The notes beneath the pieces were generated by a model. It was given only the letters and a program-made list of their open reading frames with translations, searched no databases and was not told where the DNA came from. Positions 1 through 11,600 of a stretch of DNA of 64,000 nucleotides are shown here, one piece after another. Position 1 is the first letter of the stretch, and each line of letters begins with the position of its first letter. Origin of the DNA: Podarcis melisellensis (taxonomy: Eukaryota); the NCBI GenBank assembly GCA_964234715.1, contig OZ174282.1. The stretch is one strand, 5' to 3'. A program made the position numbers and the translations under genes.

Positions 1-152
1 ACGGTGGCTCCAGCTTATCTGCAGTCATAAAAACAAAAATGTAGGTAGGGTAGTTCTATTCCCTTCATTACAGCAGTTCGCTTATTTGTTGAAAGATGAC
101 CTGAGTGTTGTTATCTGGGGCTTCTGGAAAGCCCTCCAAGGGGTGGGGGGAG

Positions 153-311
153 CAGTGGCGTAGCGTGGGTTGTCAGTACCCGGGGCAAGGCAAGTAATTT
201 GCGCCCCTAACCCGTGGATTTGCGCCCCCTAACCTGTGGATTTGCGCCCCCTAACCCTAACCCCCAGATGTTGCGGCCGGGCCCCCCTGCACCCACCACG
301 CTACGCCACTG
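153..311. mobile_element. hAT-type MITE with internal ~22-bp tandem repeats
   Basis: TIRs CAGTGGCGTAGCGTGG / CCACGCTACGCCACTG; 8-bp TSD ggggggag / ggggcgag (1 mismatch); internal (atttgcgccccctaacc..) x3. Confidence 0.8.
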
Positions 312-428
312 GGGGCGAGTGAGGAGGGGATGAATTTGCCCCCTTGTCTTTCAAACCATATTATGAGATTCTTTGGGGGAGCAACAATATTTCTGTCTAA
401 TTCACCAATTCTATGTTGAATTACTATA

Positions 429-643
429 CAGTGGTACCTCTGGTTACGTACTTAATTTGTTCCGGAGGTCTGTTCTTAACCTGAAACTGTTCTTATCCCG
501 AAGCACCACTTTAGCTAATGGGGCCTCCCACTGCTGCTGCCAGATTTCTGTTCTCATGCTGAAGCAAAGTTCTTAACCCGAGGTACTATTTCTGGGTTAG
601 CGGAGTTTGTAACCTGAAGCGTATGTAACCCGAGGTACCACTG
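429..643. mobile_element. Tc1/mariner-type MITE
   Basis: TIRs CAGTGGTACCTC / GAGGTACCACTG flanked by TA on both sides; related inverted copy at 33769-33999. Confidence 0.85.
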
Positions 644-1241
644 TAGTTATAAACATTCACATGGGCTCAGGTATGAGTGCTACATCTTAAAGGCATCAAT
701 CCTTCTATTTCAAAACATTTCTGAAAATTAGCTCTTAGATCTTCATGAATATTACTCCTTCTCTGCTGGAAGCCTTCCACACATCCTGTACCTAATATCT
801 GCATTGTTGATACCTACTCTGATGGCTACATAACAGGTGCTGCTTTGAGATCATGGGAGTTTCAGCCCCACCAAGGGCCAGCCATACAAAATGCCTTACC
901 AGTTCCACATTCCTTTCACAAATTCAAGCAGAGTGAAATGTAATTTATGGTTGTCCTACTCAGTCTTGTGCTTTACCACAGATTGGACTTGGATCTTGAA
1001 AACTACCCATAGGAATAGGAGACCTGAGCTGTCAAATGAACAAGCCCATTGAGACCATAATTGTTGGGAAATAACTGGGGAATGCTAGTTATTCCTGAAG
1101 TCCCATTTGTGTGGGGAACTACAAAGAAAAAACGGCTGACTGCTTAGAATAAAAACAAACAAACATGGGACTTTACGCACTCTGTAGCCAAAACAGCCCC
1201 CAGAAGAGTTTAAAACTCAGATCTATGCAGCATTTGCAAAG

Positions 1242-1690
1242 TGTGGGAAATATAGCTTATTAGACCTTTAAATGTCCAAGTGTTACGTGCTTACAGTTCT
1301 CTTCTGCCTCTAGCTTTCTCGGAGTGAATAGACCACAAACTTTAGTAAGTTTAAATGCTTTACTTACAGTAAACGCATGTCTCACTCATGCATTGTTCAA
1401 TACAACAGCAGAAACAACACAGGCAGTATATTATTGATTACAAAAGGCAAACACTAATCTCAAACATGCAGCCTAAGTCTGGAGTCCAAGTCTCAAACCT
1501 CTGCTCAGTTTACATGGTTCAACAGAAGAAGGAAAGGAACAAGAAACAGACAATACTTATTCCCAAATGTGAGGGGGTGTGACCTATCTGTCCCTTCTCT
1601 AGTAATTTACAGCTCTGTGGTCTTTAACCCCTTCATTTACTAACTAGCATAGGTATGCATTGTTAGCTTTGACTGCAAACTACTCCCACA
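1242..1690. mobile_element. solo-LTR-like element
   Basis: TGTGGG...CCCACA termini; shares blocks (agtaagtttaaa..tttacttac, catgca.ttgttc, gcattgttag.ttg.ctgcaaa..ctcccaca) with 16686-17249; no clean TSD. Confidence 0.5.
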
Positions 1691-2919
1691 ATAATTACCC
1701 AGTTGAAATGGACAGCGACGTGGCCATAGAAAACATGGAGGTTACCAACTTGGCTCATGTTAGTGGTAACCAAAAATCCAATTGTACTTATAAAACAGAT
1801 GATAGCAGCAGCTGTAAAAACCAGACATGAAATCAATAAGCCCCTAAGTAGGATGCAACAGAACAATTTCCCTCAACCAGGCACCCTCCAAATGTTTTTA
1901 AGCACAACTTACATCTGTACTAGCTGGGGTGGGTGGGAGCTATAGTACAAAACATCTGGAGGACACCAATTTGTGGAAGGCTAGAACAGAGAATTATGCC
2001 TAAATAATTACACTAGCGAGGTCTACCTTATTTGCCATTTTGTCTTTTCCTCTACGTAGATCTGCTGATTAGAGGTAGTTGCTCTTGCTTAAGTCCTTTT
2101 ACTACCTTCCAAAGTTACACTTTTCTCGTCTGTGGTTTGATGTCTTATGGAGTAGATCAAACCTTTCCTCAAACCAGTTACTGTCCTTGTTCTTGTGGAA
2201 TACTCTGGCAGAAAGCAGAAACTTCCTCTGACATACCAAATAAATAGTGGCTTATTACTAATAAGAGTGGTTCTGGGGCATGATCCTGCTGGAAATCATT
2301 CCATCAGCAACACCCTATACATGTGCTCAGGGCCCTTCAAAGGCAACAAATTTCTGTCATGGATAAGCAGACATAAGGGAGAAGTGGTTGACTGAGCCAG
2401 GTAAGGAGAAGAGATGGCAGACTATTTTTCTTTCTGATGATAATGCTCTGACCTTTGTCTCTCAGATGTTTACTCCTCAAAAATCTCTCTCTCTGATGTT
2501 CTTATTCTTTAAGTAAAGATTATTTCCCTCTGCTTGTTAAACCACAGCCATTAAACCAACCACTTTCTACAGCAACCTTAACTATGTTCCTGCCCTTCCC
2601 TCTTGTTCACAGTTAAGCATGTGGTCTTATGACAGAGAAGGATCGAAGGAATTTGGCATTTGGGCTGAGGATCATGACCATTGTCAACTTTGTCATACAG
2701 AAGAATCTTCTCTGGCTAGACCTTTAAGCCCACTTTCTCGTTTCTCCACATGCAAACTCCTCCGCCTTGGCTGTGAGTCCTAGATGTCCTGATCCCTCCC
2801 TTGCAGACTTTTTTCCACCTGGTCTGGGAGGGTGGGCCCCTGACTGACTCTAGCTACAAAAGCTGAAGCTTCACAAAATGTTCGGGGGGGGGGGGCTTGC
2901 TCTTGGTTTTTCGTATCTT

Positions 2920-3095
2920 TATTTTAGATCTTGTTGTGATTTATGTGGACATTGTTCTGTTTGGTTCTGTTCTGTTTATTTTTTTAATGTTTTGTTTATT
3001 GTTCATGACTTTTGTTATGTTGTAATTACATAATCATGTTGTAAACCGCCTTGAGCGTGGTTTGAACTGTGGAAAGGCAGCATACAAATACAATT
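2920..3095 (+). mobile_element. LINE/SINE 3' end remnant
   Basis: T-rich low-complexity tract ending tgtaaaccgccttgag...aaaggcagcatacaaata, typical of reptile non-LTR element tails. Confidence 0.45.
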
Positions 3096-6000
3096 ATGTG
3101 TCTATATATGCATGTAGCTTACTCTCCCATGTTGCCTTTATTGATGCCAATAATTGCATAGCTGTTACCCACAGCAGGGCCTAGAAAATGCTCTTGATTC
3201 TCTCCAGGCAGGGATAGTTTCATACAGCAGCAGCCACGAGGCACTTGGCACCCAGTATATGTGCTCACCAGTGTGCCCCTTGTAATTTTCCTTTTGGGAG
3301 GGTGGGGTCACTTCCTTTGACCCCCTCCCTCCCGCCTGCTTTTACAGTAACTCCTGCAGAAGGCCAGGCACACAAGACCTCAGCAATGTGTGGGTCCTGG
3401 GCCTGGAATGTTTTCTTTCATCTCTAATCGCTGCACTGAGGCTCATAAATCATGTAGCCAAGACAACAAGTAAAAACACGACTGTAATTTGTTTCTTCCT
3501 GGCCCATTTTTGGCACAGCAAAACCAGAGACTTTCTTGGCTGGGAATGATGATGACACCATAACAGAAGGCGAGTGAGTGGACATCAACCTGGTGACTCT
3601 TCCCCCACCTTCCCAGCTTTCTTTTTAGAGGTGCCAGGAGGTAGTGGGATGCTGACAGTTATCTCACTGCTGACCATGCTGGATAAAGAATAACACAATT
3701 AGCAACCGGATTGTGTGTGTGCGCGCGCCACTTCTTTGAGGGAAAGAACATCATATTCATGTGTGTTTATTGTCACCAAAGGCACCTGATCAGATGGTGG
3801 AAACAAAGTTTTCAGATAAACGAATTAATTTTTTTTAATTTTTCCTTTTGGTGATTGGAGGCAAAACAGGCCTGGTGGTGCAAGAAGTTTATGGACTGAA
3901 AAAATGTTATGATTGTCCTTATTTATATCACGTCCGCAGCAATCCTCTGCAGAATTAAGTGGAAGCAAACCTCACTGAACACAGTTATATTGACTTTGAG
4001 GCAAACATCCATGGGAATGGGCCACTGTATCCTAATTTCCTGAACCACAGGTGACATGTTCCTGCTCCTAAGTAGTTTAGTGTATGAGTTCAAAACTGTC
4101 TCCCATGAATACATAACAATTGATTGACTGTATTGTGATGGGCCACCTCATCCAGAACTGTTTCACGAAGTGGCTCTGGGAAGCTCTCAGATCAGAGCTG
4201 ACAGAAAGCACCATCCCATGTCTGTCTCAAGCAAGTACACTCAGGCATTGACAGCTGGCCACCCCATTAGCCTCAAGCAGGCTTCACCACTGGATGCCAC
4301 CAGATGTTGTGGACATGGCTCTTATAAGCCCCAGCATCATATGGCCATGCTGCCTGGGGTTCATGGGAGCTGAAGTCTGAAACATCTGGAGAGCGACGGG
4401 TTGGCAAAGACTGTCCTAGGGTAAGCAATGGCACCACTTGAATGGGCTGTGCTGTTGGGCCAGTGCTACATAATCCCACATAATTCTTCGGTTACTATTA
4501 AAAAGAAAAGAAAAAATATAGAAACCGTTTTTTTGGGGGGGGGGTTCTGAGAATGCCACTGCCTTTATGAGAACAGAGTTTCTACACAACTCCTAGTTGG
4601 GAGTCCTGGGAAATAAAGGCTTGGGATGTGTGTGACTTACTCATTTCTGACTAGCCTGATAAGACCCAAGATGGACCCCACCACTGTTGTCTTCCTCCTA
4701 CCCCTTTCCCTCAGTGGCTGTCAAAGAATATGAAGGGGGAGGGAATTCCACAGATCTCTCTTGGGCCTCAGCTGAAACTCCCCATTCCATAGCTCACTGG
4801 AAGAAGAATGAGGAAAAACACATACTTATACCAGAGCCTGCCAAATGGAAAATTATAAAACAGTGGGGAGAGGAGCGTGATTGACACACAAATAAATAAC
4901 ACTTAGAATGAGACACATTGTTTAAAAAAGGAGGGAAGTTTTCTTTTCGCTCCATTCCTACTGCAGAAGTTATTACAAGCAACAGCTGACATCTTGTCAA
5001 AGTTGTTGGATCCAGTATGTCCCACTGAGTTCAATGGGCCTGCTCTTACGACTGTCTCGATCCAGCACCTTATTTGCTGCCAATAGCTACAGCTGCTCTC
5101 TCCAACTCTTTGAGAATAATGTGGTTCAATCGGGGCAGAGTGAGGCAGCTGCCTCAGACAGCAGGGTGGGCAAAAAAAGAGGCAAGTGGAGCACTCAGAG
5201 GGTGAGCTTGGTCTGGCAGATGGAGTAGAAACAAGGCTTTTTCAAACTCTGTCTTTCTAATTTACACATGGTGGGCAAGCAATTCCATTGGTGGGCATTT
5301 AGCCCTCTCGATAACCCACCCTTCCCCAGTGCCACCTAGATCCCAAAGATTTTATAGCATAAAGGAAGGAAGGCAACACCTCTGCTATCTTTGTTATCTG
5401 CAAAACAGAACATGCCGCCCCCAGAAAGGGAAATACAACAACCTTTCAAACATTAATTAAAAAGTAATTCCCAACTACAGCATTTGAAGCTTTCATGATT
5501 TGCAATTGCACGTTTAATAATAAGGGGAAAAAATTACACTTTTCCAACAGGACTAGATATGGCAATGCTGCAAGCAAGCTATTTCTGGAACTCCGCAAGG
5601 CTATGGAAATGCAAAGCTCACATTGAATTTTAAGCGGATATTTTGCTTGTGTAGTAAGAGCACAGTTAGGATCTCTTTAAGCGGGTGACAGCAGGTGTTT
5701 ATTTTAAATGCAGAACAGGTAATTTATTGGTGTTCCACCCATGTGCTGTGTTCCCTGCGGGTATCCGCCCCGGCCAAGGATAGTGTTCATGATTCATGTA
5801 ATAAAACCAGTTTAACAAACCCGTTCTGGTGCCCAAGGTGAAAGAGTCCTACACGTGAGGTGTTTCACCATGTTTAAATGGCTGTTCCACTTTCATTACA
5901 GCCTTTTGGAAGCATAACAATGTGACAACTTTCCCCAAATACTTTTTGAAAGATCTGTTAGTTGTGCCAAACTAGAGCCTAACAGCAACCTTCAGTATGT

Positions 6001-6221
6001 GAATAGTCCAGCATCATGTTCTCATGATGAAGAAGGTGGGCATCCCTACCAGCTGGATCCATGATGTGATTTGTATTGTTTTGATGTTTTAATCTTCTTA
6101 TTGACTTCATGTAATTTCGAGTCAGTATTTTGCTACACCCTGCTCTGGGATTATTTTAGTGAAGAGCAGAACATTTCCCCATCCCTGAGCTAAGCCCTGA
6201 ATGTTATAGGAAGCATGTGCC

Positions 6222-6260
<39 letters not shown>

Positions 6261-6370
6261 TTCTTTATATCCCGCCCATCTGACTGGGTTTCCCCAGCCA
6301 CTCTGGGTGGTTTCCAACAAAATATTAAAAATACAGTACGTTAAAACATCAGTCAAATAATAATAATAAT
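6222..6370 (-). mobile_element. retroposon 3' end with (AAT)n microsatellite tail
   Basis: ~13 x AAT followed by tttatatcccgcccatctgactgggtttccccagccactctggg, a common squamate non-LTR tail in reverse orientation. Confidence 0.6.
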
Positions 6371-8119
6371 GCCTGTTTTGTAGCAATACACTCTGCCCAA
6401 GCAGGTCTCTGGCCATTACTCCCTTCATACCTACGACCAGACTAGATTCAAGCGGGGGGAAACCATCCATGATGCCGTTCATCTGTTGGCCAGAGCCAAG
6501 GCTAAACGGGTTAACTCTCAAGCCTTTGCTGGATTGCCGAGAGAGGAATCATCACCCGCTTCCTAGTCCTGCTCTTCAGCACCCTCTTGTGGGATATGTA
6601 CACACAGCAGGTTAAAGTGGATTCAGTGCATCCACACATTGTCCTCATCCAAACGGCAGCCTGAATCCTACCCACAGCTGCTTTAATTTGGATTTCCCCA
6701 ATATACAGATAACGCAGCAAAGGATATAAAGAAAATTTCGTAAGGGGAAAAAAGGCCAACATTGTGTGGACGAGTATTTTTATTATATAAAAAAAACCTG
6801 TGATGTTTTTTCTGGATGCCCTCTATGAATACCCTCTGTTACTAAGTCCTGTACTTTCATTGGCAAACTGCCTCCATGGGCCTGAGGCAACACACTCACT
6901 TTAAAAAAAAAAAAACCACTGTTTTGTGCAAGTGTGGTATATCGGAAAACTGGCATCTCAAAAATTAAAACAAATTGCCCAGTTCACAACGGGCCTCAGT
7001 TTTCCAGAACTCAGGGAAGATGGAGAATAACTAATTAAGAGAAAGGAACAGCAACAGGTTGATTTCGGTAGACAACCTGTTTATTGAATGTTCTTCCTGA
7101 TTTGTTTGTGGGAGGTTGTGTGATACCTTATCAAGCATTTTTTTAATACCACACTCTCCAGGGCATTGCTCTAGCGCTTTCCTTACTGCAAAAATCCCTT
7201 TTTATTTTGAAGCAGCTTTCTTGTGTAAGAGGGCCCAATCCATTTGAACTGCACCACCTCAATTTGCCAGGAATGTATTGAAGTCCACGCCCAAAACAGT
7301 AACAGCCTGGAGACAGGTAATTAATAAATAATAATAATTTTATTATTTACACCCTTCCCATCTTGAACCATTAATGGTGTTTGTACTCAATTCTTTCATC
7401 CTACTCTTGTCTCTGGTTGACCAGGTTTGCCAGGTTTTTGAAAGGGGGGGAATAAAAACTTTGTTTACTAAAAGCAAGGTGAGCACAGTCAAAAAAATTT
7501 ACCTGCCTCCAGCTCCAGCCTGTTGTTGTCACAGGTCCTGTTGTTTTGCAAACCACACTTCCTCAGCCAGATGCATTCCTAGCCTCCCCTTCCTGCAAAT
7601 GTGAGACTGGGGAGCCAATGCGAGAGCAATAAACCTGGGAGTGAGGAGGAGGAGAACGTGGCAGCACAGTGAGAGAAGCAGGAGCAATTGGTATCAGATC
7701 AACCTCATAACATTTTAGAGGGCATTATTTTATACTAATCGATAGGAACACATACTTTTGAGGGTAACTTTAATTATTTAACAAAACCCACATGCCACTT
7801 GATTGTAATAAAATATCTAAGTGGTTAATTAAAATTAAAGTCAAACAATAGGAGACTGTTAAAAACAGGAATTAAAAACATTCAAAAGATAATGTTCCTG
7901 TGTGCTGGTGGAGATCTTGAATTTCACTCAGATTTCTACAGCAGAACTGTTGCTATCTAACCACTGTGATCAAAGAAGCGCATTCAATATATGAGGCTGA
8001 AAGCAGGGGTTTCTCCCCAGGAAGGCTGCTGTGTGTTTGGACTATATTTTTAAAGGGAAACAACATGCAATAATGCAAAACAGCCTGGGACTCCAAGGAC
8101 ACATTTGACATACATCAAC

Positions 8120-8245
8120 CCTCTCCCAGCTGGTGCCCTGAAGATGCTTTGGACTACAACTCCCATCAGTTCTAGTATCACAAGGCTGTGCCAGCTGGGG
8201 ACTAGGTGAGTGGTAGTCCAAAGGGTACCGGCTTGGGCAAGGCTG
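8120..8245. mobile_element. degenerate hAT-type palindromic MITE
   Basis: gatgctttggactacaactcccatc ... gtagtccaa arms; same family as 26699-26834 and 36569-36700. Confidence 0.5.
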
Positions 8246-8626
8246 GTATGCATAATTTTAAAGAGAGAATAAAGTAGAGAAGCTTTCTCTGGTGATGGTG
8301 TCCACACTCTGTTTAAGGTGGCAAAAAATAATGTCAAATTTCACTGGAACCTATTTCCAAAAAGATTGCAGATGTGATCTATTCCTATGTGCCCTCCCCA
8401 CCACAATCTCGGCCCACAAGCTTTGTCATCCTCCTCTTCCTCCTAGAGTCAAATTTCCCTGCCCAGTGTTTGTGGAAGCTGCCCAGCTGCCCCCTTGATT
8501 TCCATGGGCAAACAGAGACACCGGGAGGGCTTGGCCTCTTCCTTCTCCTGTGTTTCATGTGGGCTTCTAGCCAGAGGAGCAAGCAGAGCCCTGCTGGGAC
8601 CATCTTGCCTATCCTGCCAGACTGAG

Positions 8627-11600
8627 ATGTCGCTGAGGCGACAGACAGCTCCCGGCTTAGCCCTGCTGCTCTGCGCCCTGTGCAGGACTGCTGTGCCTGT
8701 CACCACGCCTGAGGCTGCGCTAAGGGGGCACCAAGGACATTGCTACCAGCTTGCCCAGGAAAGACTGGCTTTTGAGGATGCCCAGGCCGCCTGCGGCCGA
8801 TGGGGAGGGCACTTAGCACAGGTCCCTTGGGAGGTGACAGGGACGTGGGGTGCTCTGAGAAGGAGGAGGGGGCAGCTGAGAGGGCCCTCTGGAGGCTGGT
8901 GGGTCTCCAAGGGCCCAACCAAGCCTACGGTGGCAGGTAAGTCAGTCCTGTGGGGGCACCAGAGAGGGCTGGGCAGAGGTGGGAAGTTGTTTCTACTCCA
9001 GAGGGTGGAGGGTGCGTCCTGGTTTCTATCACAAAGGCCAGGTCCCTTTACACAGCTGACTTGGCTGTGGTTAAAGGCTGGGATTTGGGGAGCCACATTG
9101 AGGGGCAGGGTGTGGAGGTGGGGGGCACTGTGCTGCAGAGAGCTGGCTCTTTTGCTTGTAGTATAGAATTCTGCTTATTTTCATCTGCTCTGTCAAGGGC
9201 ATACCACCCCGCTCTGCCTACTGTGGTCAGATCTTACAAGAGGGCAAGGCCCTCACCTTGCCCTGCCCAGCTTGCCATCATGCCCATGGCAGCCTCTTGT
9301 GTCTTTGCCCAGGAGCCCAGCCTCATCTGCATGGGGCTCACCATCAGCCCCCCACCTGCACCTTCCTCTCCAACTTGGGCTTGCTGCAGGAGGCTACCGG
9401 GCCCACGTGCCGCCAGAGGCATCCTTTCATCTGCGAATTTGGTGAGAGGCCAGCTGGGCTGCCAGGGTGGGATTGTGACACCTCCACTCCACCCCATCCC
9501 TGAGGACAGAGATTGCTCCTCCTGACCCAGGAGGGGCTCCCTTTCAGGGTGGTCCTTTTTGCAGGTCCTGTGGAGGGAGGTGAATGCCCAGTCAAAGTGG
9601 CCAGGAGTGCCAACAGCTCCAGGCCTTGGCAAAAACAGAAGGCTCAGCTGGTAGGTGATGGTGGCCGGTTCTCTTCCCTCCAAGTCCAAAGCAAATAGGC
9701 TTTCCCTCCTGCTGCCTGAAACCAAACTCCAGCAGATGCACCAAGGCAGAGGATGGGGGGGGGCAATAAAAACAGCCTGTCTGCCACCTCTTAGCCACCT
9801 TCCAGACAATTCCTTTGGGCATGATTCCTGAGCAAGGTCCTAACAGGGAACCCTTGGCCCTGCCCCTTCCAAGAAAGCCTATTGGGTGACATATCCTACC
9901 TGGCACAGTGGCACTGCTCTGTCCCACTCTTTTTTCTCTGTCTGCCTCCAGGATCTGACCTCCATGGGGCGGAGGCCACAAAGGCTCATGCGGCGGCATC
10001 TGGGTGATAAGCAGAAGTACCCAGGTGATGTGGGGATTTATTGATTTCTGAAATAATGCATTGAAGAGTAGGTCATCTGCAATTATAAGCAATTGTGAGA
10101 GGCTGATCATCTTGGGTCATTCTGCTTATTTTAACAAACCTTTTAAATGCCCTAAAATAATATTTGTGGGGCTGAAAGGGGTATTTTATCTTATTTCTCA
10201 TAGACCATCTTTTCCAAAAGATTGTAGATGTCGGCACAACTAAAAGATATGCTTTCAATCTGCCTGTACAGAATTACAACTCCAACATTTACCAATGGTA
10301 TTTGTTTAAGCTGTGCCCAAGGGGCAAGGCACCCATGATTAACTGTTTTTAACAAGTTTTATTTCAGATAAACTTTTATTGCCATGTTCTACCTCTTCCA
10401 TGAAAAGAGCCTGAAGCAATGCTCAGGATGAAAATAAGCAACTGTAATAATGTAAAAGCGGGAATATAACTAGTAGCCAGTGGTTCCCTTATCATGAGGC
10501 TGATCCTTTTGCCGGTCAGGGCAGTGGTTTTCCCCTGAAAGGAAGCAGCTTGTTGTTGAGACAGGCTCACCGCAAGGAGTTTGTGTTTATGGAGGCCAAA
10601 ATGCCTGTTTCTCCCTGAGGGGAGAAAAGACTCTTGCTCATACTTCTCCTCTTGCCTCCAGAGACATCAGCAATCAGGGAGGCCTTGCAGGATGTTGTTC
10701 CCAGGACCTGGCAGCAGGTAAAAGAGCCCCACTGGGAGGGAGTATCTGGGGAGGGGACCCCCTTCAGCCCAGCCCCATTGAGGCCCACAGCAGAGCCACC
10801 AACCTTCCTCTGGCTCAAGACAGCCAACCTCTCTTCTGGTGGTTAGCACAGGCCTTATGTAGGCTGGGGATCCCTTATTCAGTGATCTGCATTTGCCTGC
10901 CAGCATTTGAGCCCAAACTCCTGATTCTGCCTGCAGGAGCTGCTCCAGCGACTGACACTGCCGGTGAACAATGGTGCCTGGAGTGCCTCTGAGCTGGTAT
11001 GATTGGGCCCATGGGGAGGGCGGATGCCCCAGAAGGGACTGAGCCCCAACTCCAAAGGCTGTGTAGCTCCCATGGGGAACCTGAAGAAAGAGTCAGGCCA
11101 AGTCCTAAGAAGCTCTTTCCTCCAAGAGAGGTGATGGGGAACATCTCATGGAAGGAGTCGAGGGACCCCCCCCATTAGTGCTGAGGGTCTTGGGCAATGC
11201 ATGGGCATGGAGGAACATTAACATTACTGTATGTGCCTTTGCATGCCAGGAAGAGGAGGTGGGGTTTCTTCAGGCTGTCAGTGAGGACCTGCTGAAAAGG
11301 AGGCCTCCAGCCTCCCCACACTGGCACCTCCTCAACCTCCTGGCAGTCCATGGCACCAGCCGGCTCCTGCAGGTCATTCTGGGCCCCTGCTCACCCAACG
11401 TCAACATCCAGGTGAGGATATGCCACACTCCCGGGTGCCCTGGTGGGGAGGGACAGGCCGGTGCATGGGTCCCTTCATCCCATAATGCCCCATCTTGGAT
11501 GGAGATTGAGTCCCCAGTAACTGCCCACTTCTCCCTCCAGCAGCATGAGGCCCTGACTGGCACCCTGATGCAGATCCTTCACAAACTGGAGCAAGCTCTT

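Noticed and set aside
197-265. CRISPR-like short repeats
   Set aside because: Eukaryotic DNA; adjacent tandem units without spacers, inside a MITE.
1-8500. DHODH exons expected upstream by mammalian synteny
   Set aside because: No DHODH-like coding sequence or CpG island recognised; it may lie outside the window.
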